A DNA stretch of 64,000 nucleotides, from NCBI RefSeq assembly GCF_009914755.1, contig NC_060928.1. The stretch is one strand, 5' to 3'. A program made the position numbers and the translations under genes. The stretch is from the human T2T-CHM13v2.0 reference genome, Homo sapiens. Below, one piece after another: positions 22,221-34,331 of this stretch. The notes below the pieces were generated by a model. The model worked only from the letters and a program-made list of their open reading frames with translations, searched no databases and had not been told where the DNA came from. Numbering within the stretch: position 1 is the stretch's first letter; every line of letters starts with the position of its first letter.

Positions 22221-23990
22221 CTTTGTAGATATGTGGTGTTATTTCTGAGGTCTCTGTTCTGTTCCATTGGTCTATATGTCTGTTTTGGTACCAGTACCAT
22301 GCTGTTTTGGTAACCGTAGCCTTGTAGGGTAGTTTGAAGTCAAGTAGTGTGATGCCTTCAGGTTTGTTCCTTTTGCTTACAATTGTCTTGTGTATATGAG
22401 CTCTTCTGTAGATAATTATGAAATTTAAGTACTTATTTCTAATCCTGTGAAAAATGTCAATGGTAGTTTGATGAGAATAGCATTGAATCTATAAATTACT
22501 TTGGGCAGTAAGGCCATTTTCATGAAATTGATTCTTCTTATCCATGAGAATGGAATGTTTTTCCATTTGTTTGCATCTTCTCTTATTTCCTTGAGCAGTG
22601 ATTTTTGGTTCTCCTTGAAGAGGTCCTTCACATCCTTTGTTAGTTGTATTTCTAGGTATTTTATTATCTTTGTTGCAATTGTGAATGGGAGTTCATTCAT
22701 GATGCAGGTCTCTGCTTGCTATCTGATCTACGACAATCCTGACAAAAACAAGCAATGGGAAAAGGATCTCCTAGTCAATAAATGGTACTGGGAAAACTGG
22801 CTAGCCATATACAGAAAACTGAAACTGGACCCCTTCCTTACACCTTATACAAAAATTAACTCAAGATGGATTGAAAATTAAATGAAAAACCCAAAACCAA
22901 AAAAAGACCCTAGAAGAAAACCTAGGTGATATCATTCGGGACATAGGCATGGACAAAGACTTCATGAAGAAAATGCCAAAAGCAATGGCAACAAAAGCCA
23001 AAATTCACAAATGGGATCTAATTAAACTAAAGAGCTTCTGCACAACAAAAGAAACTATCATCAGAGTGAACAGGTAACTTAGAGATTGGGAGAAAATTTT
23101 TGCAGTCTACCCATCTGACAAAGGTGTAGTGTCCAGAGTCTACAAGGAACTTAAACAAATTTACAAGACAAAAACAAAAAACCCGTCTAAAAGTGGGCAA
23201 AGGATATGAACAGACACTTCTCAGAAGAAGACATTTATGTGGCCAACAAACATGAAAATAGCTCAACATCACAATCATTAGAGAAATGCAAATCAAAACC
23301 ACAGTAAGATACCATCTCACACCAGTTAGAATTGTGATTACTAAAAAGTCAAGAAACGATAGATGATGGCTAGGTTGTAGAGAGATAGGAACACTTTTTC
23401 ACTGGTGGTGAGAATGCACATTAGTTCAACCATTGTGGAAAACTATGGATTCCTCAAGGATCTAGAACCAGAAATACCATTTGACCTAGCAATCCCGTTA
23501 CTGGGTATATACCCAAAAGAATATAAAGCATTCTACTATAAAGACATATGCCTAGATATGTTTATTGCAGCACTATTTACAATAGCAAAGACATGGAACA
23601 ACCCAAATGCCCATCAATGATAGACTGGATAAAGAAAATGTGGTACGTATACACCATGGAACACTATGCGGTCATTAAAAGGAACGAGATCCTGTCCTTT
23701 GCAGGGAAATGGATAAAGCTGGAAGCCATCATCCTCAGAAAACTAAAACAGGAACAGAAAACCAAACAGCACATGCTTCACTCATAAGTGGGAGCTGAAC
23801 AATGAGAACACATCAGGGAGGGGAACAACACACACCAGGGATGGGGGGTAGGAGGTGACAGAAGGTAACATAGAGGGCTGATCAATAGTGCAGCAAACCA
23901 CCATGGCACATGTATACCTATGAAACAATCCTGCACATTCTGCACATGTATCCCTGAACTTAAATTAAAATAAATCATAAAATAAAATAA
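22221..23990. mobile_element. 5'-inverted (twin-primed) L1 in HTN3 intron 5
   Basis: Minus-strand ORF2 piece 22221-22718 joined to a plus-strand 3' part from 22719 to the A tail. TSD ATGCTTCTGA / ATGCCTCTGA. Confidence 0.92.
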
Positions 23991-25730
23991 AAATGCCTCT
24001 GAGGGAAAGCTTCTGTTTGCTACTGTTAAGAGACAGAGTTCTGGGTAGGGGAACCCCTGTGTTTTTATCCTGACCCTGACAACTAGTTTCATGACCTTAA
24101 AGTATTCCTAATCTTCTCTTAACCTTAATTTTATAAGAGACAAATACATGTTATAATAATACTTAAGCTCTTTATAGAATTTGTAGGGCTATTGAGAGAC
24201 ATTATAGGGAAGCCCTTGTTCTGGAAGGTGTATGGTTGTGGCCATGGGTTTCTCTGCCACTAAATCTGTACCTGGTTGTTATTTGAAGTTTTCTGTCCTA
24301 AAATGTAATCTTTGGAGAAGCTGCACAACCGCCATCTGGGAACTCATGAGAAATTTACGTTTTATGCCTAAGTAACTCTAATGAGCAATGGCTATAGGAA
24401 TGACTAATAAAATATCAACAAGGAGATGGGAATTTTCAAGGAAATATGATATGGTAACAATGTCCTTTTTAGAAAGTCATTTTTACTTATCTATATTCAC
24501 AGCATAAAATGTTCCAAAATCTATGAAATATTAAATATTATACTTCAAAATAAAGTAATATTTTGGAGATAAAAGAGTACTGTTCTACAATTCAAAATTG
24601 AAATAGTTCAAAAGATTTCAAATATTTTTAAATGTATTGGGACATTTTATTCATATTGAATTCCTGCTCTTTGTGATATTAGAAAAGGCCTGATCTTGAT
24701 CCTCCAGGTGTTAGATAATTGCTGATGACATTTAATCAGGGGAGGATATAGGTAAAATATTATTTGAGGGAGATAGATGAAATGTGTAGGCTATATTTAA
24801 GTGAGAGAATAAAATAAGATGATGATGGAAAACCTCAAGAAAAATTTAAATTTAAATTGCAGATGCTGAATGATAATTTTTATTTATTCTGATACCCACT
24901 TAATGAGTATTTAATTGTTTAATTGTCTACTCTGTCTCAAATATTATTTTGGTCCCTGCATTATAATAAATAAAACTATCTATAAATAAATACTTTGTAC
25001 CAGGAAAAGTATAAATTTATTTACAGGAATATCAATTTGGGCGATAAAGTGTTATTTTCTTTTTCTTCATAGGTTTGACTGGCAAATTCGCTTTGGACTC
25101 GTGTATTCTCATTTGTCATACCGCATCACACTACCACTGCTTTTTGAAGAATTATCATAAGGCAATGCAGAATAAAAGAAATACCATGATTTAGTGAATT
25201 CTGTGTTTCAGGATACTTCCCTTCCTAATTATCATTTGATTAGATACTTGCAATTTAAATGTTAAGCTGTTTTCACTGCTGTTTCTGAGTAATAGAAATT
25301 CATTCCTCTCCAAAAGCAATAAAATTCAAGCACATTATTATGTGTATGCTCTTTATTTCTCTTTTTTATATTTACAAACATAAAGACTTACTTCTTCACT
25401 TTATTTTCCCAGTTCGAGTAGCACTGACTATAGTACTTTATACCATAGCTCTTTTGAAATGATTATTTTTAATTTAGCATGTTATATTCATTTTATCTTA
25501 CAAACATATGGTCCTCAATCACATCTAGATTACTAGATATGATTTGTCTCTGGTGTCTTTTGCCACAGGACATTTCTTAGCCTTGAACATTCTCACATCA
25601 ACTTATCTCAGGCCCTACAGGCCAGCAGATAACCCCTATGTCACTCCACAGCAGTAGGCAGGCACTCAGAACAAAAACCATCTAATGCTCTCTATCGGTT
25701 TGTCAATATATCCATCAAACAAGTTTATTG

Positions 25731-27265
25731 CCCCTCTCCCTCTCCCTCTCCCTCTCCACGGTCTCCCTCTCCCTCTCCCTCTCTCTCCACGGTCTCCCTC
25801 TGATGCTGAGCAGAGGCTGGACTGTGCTGCCGCCATCTCGGCTCACTGCAACCTCCCTGCGTGATTCTCCTGCCTCAGCCTGCGGAGTGCCTGGGATTGC
25901 CGGTGCGCGCCGCCATGCCTGACTGGTTTTTGTATTTTTTGGTGGAGACGGGGTTTCGTCGTGTTGGCCGGGCTGGTCTCCAGTTCCTGACCGTGAGTGG
26001 TCTGCCCGCCTCGGCCTCCCGTGGTGCCGGGATTGCAGACGGAGTCTCGCTCACTCAGTGCTCAATGTTGCCCAGGCTGGAGTGCAGTGGTGTGATCTCC
26101 GCTCGCTACAACCTCCACTTCCCAGCCGCCTGACTTGGCCTCCCAAAGTGCCATGATTGCAGCCTCTGCCCGGCCGCCACCCTGTCTGGGAAGTGAGGAG
26201 TGTCTCTGCCTTGCCGCCCATCGTCTGGGATGTGAGGAGCCCCTCTGCCCGGCTGCCCAGTCTGGGAAGTGAGGAGTGCCTCTTCCCGGCAGCCATCCTG
26301 TCTGGGAAGTGAGGAGCGTCTCTGCCCAGCCTCCCATCGTCTGAGATGTGGGGAGCGCCTCTGCCCCGCTGCCCCATCTGGGATGTGAGGAGCACCTCTG
26401 CCCGGCTGCGACCCCATCTGGGAGGTGAGGAGCGTCTCTGCCTGGCCACCCCGTCTGAGAAGTGAGGAGCCCCTCCGCCTGGCAGCGGCCCCGTCTGGGA
26501 AGTGAGGAGCTCCTCCGCCCGGCAGCCGCCCCATCTGGGAAATGAAGAGCGTCTCTGCCCAGCAGTCGCCCCGTCCAGGAGGTGGGGGCAGCCCCCACCT
26601 GGCGAGCCGCCCCATCCAGGAGGGAGGTGGGGGGCAGCCCCTGCCGGGCAGCTGCCCCATCTGGGAGGTGGGGGGCACCTCTGCCCAGCTGCCCTGTCTG
26701 GGAAGTGAGGAGCCCCTCTGCCTGGCCACCACCCCGTCTGGGAGGTGTACCCAACAGCTCATTGAGAGCGGGCCATGGTGACGATGGTGGTTTTGTCGAA
26801 TAGAGAAGGGGGAAATGTGGGGAAAAGAAAGAGAAATCAGATTGTTGCTGTGTCTGTGTAGAAAGAAGTAGACATAGGAGACTCCATTTTGTTCTGTACT
26901 AAGAAAAATTCTTCTGCCTTGGGATGCTGTTAATCTATAACCTTACCCCCAACCCCGTGCTCTCTGAAACGTGCTGTGTCCACTCAGGGTTAAATAGATT
27001 AAGGGCGGTGCAAGATGTGCTTTGTTACACAGATGCTTGAAGGCAGCATGCTTGTTAAGAGTCATCACCACTCCCTAATCTCAAGTACCCAGGGACACAA
27101 ACACTGCAGAAGGCCACAGGGTCCTCTGCCTAGGAAAACCAGAGACCCTTGTTCACATGTTTATCTGCTGACCTTCCCTCCACTATTGTCCTATGACCCT
27201 GCCAAATCCCCCTCTCTGAGAAACACCCAAGAATGATCAATAAATACTAAAAAAAAAAAAAAAAA
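25731..27265 (+). mobile_element. Full-length SVA retrotransposon
   Basis: (CCCTCT)n hexamers, antisense Alu-like region, GC-rich VNTR (~26160-26745), SINE-R, AATAAA plus polyA. TSD AAGTTTATTG at 25721-25730 and 27266-27275. Confidence 0.98.
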
Positions 27266-27304
27266 AAGTTTATTGAGTGATACCAACTGTCAGACACACT
27301 ATTT

Positions 27305-28545
27305 TAGTTGTGCTCTTAGAGGTGTTTAAAATTGTCTCTGAGGACCTTTGCAATTTTGTGGGCTTAGTTGTAAAGTTACCTTTGTCATTTCTGTTTGTTC
27401 TTATTTGAATCTTGTCCTTTATTTCTTCTTTATTAACGTAGCTGGCAGTTTATTGATCTTATTTGTACTTCAAAAAACTGACTTTTGGTTTCATTGATTT
27501 CTTGTATGGTTTTTGGTTCCAAGTTTCATTTACTTCTCCCTCGAGATCTGCCTACATGTGGAGTAGAGAAGTCCTCACTGCACCATGACCTACTCACAGG
27601 AATGGCGGGGTGGCTTAGGCTGTTGATCCAGGCAAAACTGTGTTCTCAGTACCTGGAGATCTGCCTGAATGTGGAGAGGAAATGATCCCACTACACCACA
27701 ATCTATGTCCATAAAGGGTGTGGTGGCTCAGACTAATGTTCCAGGCAAGTAGTGGCTCTAAAGGCCTGAATTTCTACCTGGGAGTAGAGCAGAGACGGCC
27801 CTACACACCACAGTCTTGGGGTAGCAGGAGAGGGCACCTAGTAATGACACATGCAGACTGGTTCTAGGTCAGCAATCTTGTACTTGCAGCATGTCTCATC
27901 ACAAAAGAGAAACAACAGCTCTAGCAGCTCTCCTCTGCACCATGATTTTGAGGTGGCAAAAGCACAATTCTGGTGCCTAGTTTTCCAGTGCTTTCCATAA
28001 TTCTGGCTATGAAGGTTCTTAACCCACTCCAGAGCAGGCAGTTTAAACTCTGGCCTGAGACTCAAAAACCTGCATAGCCATGTTCCCAAGTCACCAAAGA
28101 ATGGCTGACTTTGTATGCACCTGTATTAAAAATGGCATCCTGCCATCAGTCCTGGGTCTGTGAAAATGTCTGCAGATGTTCCCAGTGTCTTTCCTTCATA
28201 GTGTCTCATAGCCTCTCCCCAGGTTAGCTTCAAGGCTTGGAAGAAACAAAATGCTCTCCTTTGGGCTAGGTCGCTCAGATTCTCAGTGGAAAGGTGAGTC
28301 ACAGAGGGAGATGCTCTGCATCTCTCACATACTGGGGCTTCACTCACTTCGGTCAGCTGAATGTTATCATGGGGTATGTTTGCACTTGTTCTCCTCTGCA
28401 GGACCTGAAGTGTCCTTCATGATTCCAATACAATCCCACTTTCCTCCTTGAATTAAAGCTCAGAGACATGATCTTTATGAACTATCTTACTACCTTCAAG
28501 TGGCAGAAGCATGTCAAAAGTCTCTACTCTGCAACCTGAAAAAAA
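27305..28545 (-). mobile_element. Old L1 fragments (ORF2 piece plus probable 5' region)
   Basis: 27305-27535 aligns with the L1 at 49741-49975. The remainder looks like an old L1 5' region (less certain). Confidence 0.55.
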
Positions 28546-28579
28546 AAAAGCAGGAAAAAAAAATCACAACTCGCTTTAT

Positions 28580-30855
28580 TTTCTCTTTTTATTTTGTGTT
28601 TGTTTTGATTTTTATTATTTAAGTTCTGGGATACATTTGCAGAACATGCAGGTGTGTTACATAGGTATACACATGCCATGGTGGTTTGCTGCACCTGTCA
28701 ACCCATTATCTACATTAGGTATTTCTCCTAATGCTATTCCTCCCCTCAGCCCCCACTCCACAACAGGCCCAGATGTGTGATGTTCCCCCTGCTGTTTCCA
28801 TGTGTTCTCAGTGTTCAACTCCTGCTTATGAGTGAGAACATGTGGTGCTTGGTTTTCTGTTCCTGTGTTAGTTTGCTGAGAATGATGGTTTCCAGCTTCA
28901 TCCATGTCCATATAATGGACATGAACCCATTCTTTTTCATGGCTGCATAGTATTCCATTGTGTATATCTGCCACATTTTCTTTATCCAATCTATCATTGA
29001 TGGGCATTTTGGTTGGTTCCAAGTCTTTGCTATTGTGAATACTGCTGCAATAAACATACATGTGCACATGTCTTTATAGTAGAATGATTGATTGATAATC
29101 CTTTGGGTATATGCCCAGTAATGGGATTGCTGGTTCTAGATCCTTGAGGAATTGCCATACTGTTTTACACAATGGTCAAACTAATTTATTAATTACTAAT
29201 TTATCTTTGTGGTGTTCTCTGTATTTCCTGAATTTGAATGTTGGCCTGCCTTGCCAGGTTAGGGGAGTTCTCCTGGATAATATCCTGAAGAGTGTTTTCT
29301 AACTTGGTTCCATTCTCCCCGTCACTTTCCGGTAAATGAATCAAAGGTATATTTGATCTTTTCACATAGTCCCATATTTCTTGGAGGCTTTGTTTGTTTC
29401 GTCTCACTCTTTTTTCTCTAATCTTGTCTTCTCACTTTATTTCATTAATTTGATCTTCAATCACTAATTTCCTTTCTTCCACTTGATCGAATCAACCATT
29501 GAAGCTTGTGCATGCATCACGAAGTTCTCGTGCCATGGTTTTCAGTTCCCTCAGGTCATTTAAGGTCTTCTCTACATAGTTTATTATAGCCATTCGTCTA
29601 ACCTTTTTTCAAGGTTTTTACCTTCCTTGTGATGGGTTAGAACATGAAACTTTAGCTCGGAGAAGTTTGTTATTACCGACCTTCTGAAGCCTACTTGTCA
29701 ACTCATCAAACTCATTCTCCATCCAGTTTTGTTCCCTTGCTGGCAAGGAGCTATGATCCTTTTGGAGGAGAAGGGGCACTCTGTTTTTTGGAATTTTCAG
29801 CTTTTCTGCTCTGATTTCTCCCCATCTTTGTGGTTTTATCTACCTTTGGTCTTTGATGTTGGTGACCTACAGATGGGGTTTTGGTGTGGATGACCTTTTT
29901 GTTGATGTTGATGGTATTCCTTTCTGTTTGTTAGTTTTCCTTCTAACAGTCGGACTCTTCAGCTGCAGGTCTGTTGGAGTTTGCTGGAGGTCCACTCCAG
30001 ACCCTGTTTGCCTGGGTATCACGAGTGGAGGCTGCAGAACAGCAAATATTGCTGCCTGATCCTTCCTCTGGGAGCGTCGTCCCAGAGGGGCACCCACCTG
30101 TTTGAGGTGTCTGTCAGTCCATTCTGGGAGGTGTTACCCAGTCAGGCTACACGGGGGTCAGGGACCTGCTTGAGCAGGCAGTCTGTCCATTCTCAGGGCT
30201 CAAACACCATGCTCAGAGAACCAATGCTCTCTTCAGAGCTGTCAGACGGGGATGTTTAAGTCTGAAGAAGCTGTTTGCTGCCTTTTGTTCTAATATGTCG
30301 TGGCCCCAGAGGTGGAATCTATAGAAGCAGTAGGCCTTGCTGAGCTGTGGTGGGCTCTACCCAGTTCGTGCTTCCTGGCCTCTTTGTTTACACTGTGAGC
30401 TACTCAAGCCTCAGCAATGGTGGATGCCCTCTTCCTGCCAGGCAGCAGCCACGCAGGTAGATCTCAGACTGCTGCGCTAGCAGTGAGCAAGGCTCTGTGG
30501 GCATGGGACCCACCAAGCCAGGCATGGGAAGGTATCTCCTGGTCTGCCGGTTGCTAAGACTGTGGGAAAAGCACATTATTTATTCAGGAGTGTACCATTT
30601 CTCCAGGTACAGTCAGTCACGGTTTCTCTTGGCTAGGAAAGGGAAATCCCACAACCCCTTATGCTTCCCGGGTGAGGCGACCCACCACCCTGCTTTGACT
30701 CACCCTCCATGGGCTGCACTCACTGTCCAACCAGTCCCAGTGAGATGAACCAGGTACCTCAGTTGGAAATGCAGAAATCACTCATCTTCTGTGTCGATCT
30801 CTCTGCGAGCTGCAGACCAGAGCTGTTTCTATTTGGCCATCTTGGAAGCCAGCCC
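28580..30855 (-). mobile_element. L1PA with a large internal deletion: 3' end (28580-29190) joined to ORF1 and 5'UTR (29200-30855)
   Basis: ORFs 28815-29069 (ORF2 C-terminus) and 29201-29407 (ORF1, LQEIWDYVKR...ESDGENGTKLENTLQDIIQEN). 5'UTR end GGCCATCTTGGAAG at ~30835-30848. Confidence 0.88.
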
Positions 30856-30857
30856 AC

Positions 30858-32615
30858 TACCAAAGTAATCTTACCAAAGATTACCAAAGTCATGTGAAAT
30901 GAAAGGCATCTGAGTTAGCCTCTATTAGTCTGATAAGCACTGACTTTTCTTTAAGCCAATAGATAAAAACTCTTTCAAATAATTTGGTAGTGAGATACCA
31001 CTTCCATGTGACACATTCAATTATATAAATATAACAGACATACAAAGGCAGGTCCAGAAGATTTTTCATTTGGCTGTTTTGAAAAAATTTGCTCCCTTAC
31101 TTTAGATTATTAATAAAGAAATGTTACAGGAGCCAACAAAAGGTGAAGGAGAAAATTACCGTCTCTGGCCTTTTCAAATGAGAGAAAGCACCGAACTTCA
31201 GGGATATCAATCTGAAGAATTAGAAACAGAAACGTTTCTTGAGCAAACAGTCATATTATTTTAGAAGAAAAAATCACAATATAAGATTATTTCTCATATA
31301 AAATTAAATTTCTATTATCCTTTTTGTTTACCAAAGGTACCTTTTAATATGTATAACTTTCCTTACATTTCTCTTGTTTCCTTTTACTTCATTTTATATA
31401 CCTCTAAATAATCTTTGAATTAGATAAAAAATGTTTACCTTTTAATAAAAAAAAACACTTTTTAACGTGTTTCTCTGTATTTTTTAAATTGGAAATTAGT
31501 CAGACATTTAATTAATATCTATTACTTAATATAACCTGGAAATTAGTCAGACATTTAATTAATATCTATTACTTAATATAACCTCAGATTATAAATTATA
31601 TGACAACTTTAATATAATGGATTGAAGTGTCCTGATAGTGGGTACGTATCCACAGTGTTTCACCCCTAAGTTATTTCTGCCCTCTTACATGCCTTGTTTT
31701 CTCTCTTCAGAGGTCTGGCACCTCCAAGAAGGCTCAAAAGATGGAGTAACCAGCTCCCATATGCATTTACCTATGAGCCTTGTTTAACTACTTTTGTTGG
31801 GGGTTCCCTGCAGGGCTGCTGTACATCACAGGGGGTCAAACCCCCAGACACTTTCACTTGGCTTCTGGTCACCCAGGGGCACCGTTTGCCTGGGAGGGGC
31901 AAAATGCCTTTTCTCTTCAGAGTGAGAAAACTCAGTCTCCCATTTATCTACGAAAACAACAGTTCAGTTCCTCGCACAAATGTGCAGACAAGACAATTGT
32001 GCTTAATTTGGGGAGAAAAAGCAGTAGAGAAGACCCTTTAGAATATACCTCTCTGAACCAGATACCAAACAGGTTGCCCAAAAAGGGGTCATTTTCCTTG
32101 TCTTTAGAAAAAGGCAATGGAAAAGATCCTTTAGAATGCACCTCTCAAATAGAATTAGAATCCTAAACAACTTCCTAGGAGGAAAAAAAAATGCAGCTCA
32201 GAACAAATCAAGGACCGGCAACCAAAGGGATGTTCAGGGCTCAGGAGGACTTGCCAGTTTCACTAGAGGAGAAGCTCAAAATCAGGGAGGCTTTCAATGG
32301 GTCCTTGCTTGTACCCTAGCTCCAAGTTTGGGCCACTCCTTCAGTGTTCTGACTCTTCTCTGAGGCCCCACATGTTCAGGCAACAAATTGTTGTTGACAA
32401 AAAGAATCAAACTCTGTAAAATATTTGAAGAGATTTATTCTGAGTCAAAAATGAGTGACCAATGGCCTTTGACACAGACCGTAGGAGATTCTGAGAACAT
32501 GTCCCCAAAAATGGCTAGGGTACAGCTTAGTTTTATACATTTTAGGGAGACATGAGACATCAATCAAATCCATGTAAGATATATTATACAATGGATTTGT
32601 ACAGATAGGTGGACA
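30858..32615 (-). mobile_element. MER4-group ERV internal sequence plus LTR truncated at the duplication junction
   Basis: Aligns with 51606-53446. LTR end TGTTGACAAAAAGAATCAAACTCTGTAAAATATTTGAAGAGATTTATTCTGAG starts at ~32392. Confidence 0.8.
31490..31583 (+). repeat. Perfect 47-bp tandem duplication
   Basis: TGGAAATTAGTCAGACATTTAATTAATATCTATTACTTAATATAACC x2; single copy in the paralogue at ~52247. Confidence 0.95.
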
Positions 32616-32788
32616 CTTCAATTTGTCCACTAAGTTCTAAGGGATGTTTCAAGAAACAACCTATGTATGATATCAGAGTTTATCATATTATTTTTGTATA
32701 AAAGGATAGAAGTGAAAAAACTTTTATACTTGATCTTTAGTTATAAAATTAAGATACTAACTATTCTCTCATTTTTCATTTTTCCAAG

Positions 32789-34032
32789 AGAGCTGACGTA
32801 TCTGAAGAGGTAAGTCACCTTCATTCACAGGAAAACTTAATAATCAAACACATATTGAATTTTTACTCTTGTCTTTATTTTCACAGAAATATCATGAGTG
32901 TAAAAGAAAATTCCTTTCAAGGATTCTCTTGATAATGTTGTGCAGTCCAAACAAGTGTTCTTTTCTGATTATTTAATCTCCTGGTATAATCTGTGATCAT
33001 TTTTGAAATATATGTATATTATGAATGGCTAAAGTGTATATTAATTTCACTTACTCATGATACATTGGCAAAAGTCCCACATGTCTTAGAGAATTTAGGT
33101 GGAAGTTCATAATGCCAATTTAAAGAAGTCAATTATTCTCTGAGAACTAAAATAAATTTGGTAAATAATTATGTTGACATAAATAATAGTTAAAAGCCAA
33201 TTCTACTAAGTATAATATATGCCTATACTGCCATATTACATGTGCTGGCAATCACACAGGTAATATGGGAAGTTCCAATCATTTGATTTGTTGATGGTGA
33301 TAAAGTCTTTCAGTTAAACTGGCTATTCTAAATAAAATAGAATATAGTATTTCTTTAATATATTTCTTAATGTGTATCTTTGATATGTCATTATTGTTTG
33401 ATCTCTCATCTTAATGTGATGGAGTTTAAAAAAATTCTTCTTAGTAATATAATAAATACATTGATAAAATGGCACTAAATAAAAACATAAACATTGGGGA
33501 AGGACAGTTATTTGGGTTAAGAGAAGGCAGAGTTAAAGAATGCAGTAGTGACATGGAGAAACTCCACTTAAGTTGGAAGTATTAAATTTTTCTTTCCCAT
33601 AATACTCAATGATGGGCAAAGTAGTAGCTTAAAGGTAGTATTATAAAAAAAAAAGTTTTAATCCTCATTTGGAGTGGTTGCCTGTAATCAGTATTCCCAT
33701 GTGTACTGTAAAACAAGAACTGGCAACAAAGAGTAAAAAGGTAAATGCTTTATGATTTTTACCTACTTTTACATATTTTTTTATAAAAATGATAAATCTA
33801 ACTAGTAGTTTAAAAATGATATTGCAGTTGATATACGAATTGCAGTTGATACAACAAACTAAGCTTTTAAACACATTATTGTGAAACTCTTGCACTGTCA
33901 CTGTCCCAATTATCTACAGCTTTCTCTAGTTCTTGTGTCTGTATGCAGGAAAGGTCTAACCAACATCAGCCATATCCAGACTATTGGCCATATCCAGCAT
34001 ATCCACCATATTACCTATATCCCTATCCATAG
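32789..34032 (+). pseudogene. Histatherin/statherin-histatin-like pseudogene fragment: ex3 32789-32809 (RADVSEE), ex4 32887-32916 (KYHECKRKFL, donor lost), ex5 33949-34032 ([27 protein letters not shown]); 3'UTR homologue ~35608-35800
   Basis: Exon sizes (21 and 30 nt), acceptor contexts (ttccaag, ttcacag, gtatgcag), intron spacing and intron sequence all match HTN3/HTN1. Exons 1-2 are absent. Confidence 0.88.
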
Positions 34033-34331
34033 CCTTACAGTGTTCCTCAGTAACCACAGGACGTAAGTATAAAAGTAGGCTAGGTCTAGTGATATTCTTT
34101 ACTTTCCAAAAATATCCATGCTCACAGTTAAAAGAGGAAAACAAACACGAGATATCAAACAAACAATAGACCCAGTAAGAGATGTGGGAAGGTTTAGCTC
34201 CTTGAAATGTATTTATTTATATAAACACCTCTGAGAGAAAGTTTCTGTCCTGTCGTGGTTAAGAGGCTGGACTCTGGAGAGGAGGAACCCTGAGTTTGTA
34301 TCATGTTCCTGACAACTACTAGTTTCTTTAC

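Larger units (their letters stand above)
17263..25340 (+). other. HTN3: HTN3 gene span, 6 exons: ex1 ~17263-17322, ex2 19534-19597, ex3 20785-20805, ex4 20884-20913, ex5 21973-22059, ex6 25073 to polyA (AATAAA 25171 and 25318)
   Basis: All introns GT-AG. Spliced product [51 protein letters not shown] (51 aa) is the histatin-3 precursor, source of histatin 5. TSS and 3' end approximate. Confidence 0.96.

Noticed and set aside
26051-26803. Overlapping 130-230 aa repetitive ORFs, or a CRISPR-like repeat array
   Set aside because: This is the GC-rich SVA VNTR: stop-poor, with no unique spacers.
31694-32363. ORFs in the ERV internal region as gag/pol
   Set aside because: No recognisable retroviral motifs, and the frames are not preserved in the paralogue.
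32789-34032. Calling the relic STATH
   Set aside because: Statherin reads DSSEEKFLRRIGRFG...PYQPVPEQPLYPQPYQPQYQQYTF. This sequence differs in exons 4-5 and lacks exons 1-2.
33881-34169. ORF-track ORFs 33881-34066, 33956-34162 and 33984-34169
   Set aside because: These are alternative frames of the CCATATCCA-repetitive relic exon 5. The meaningful frame starts at the acceptor (33949).
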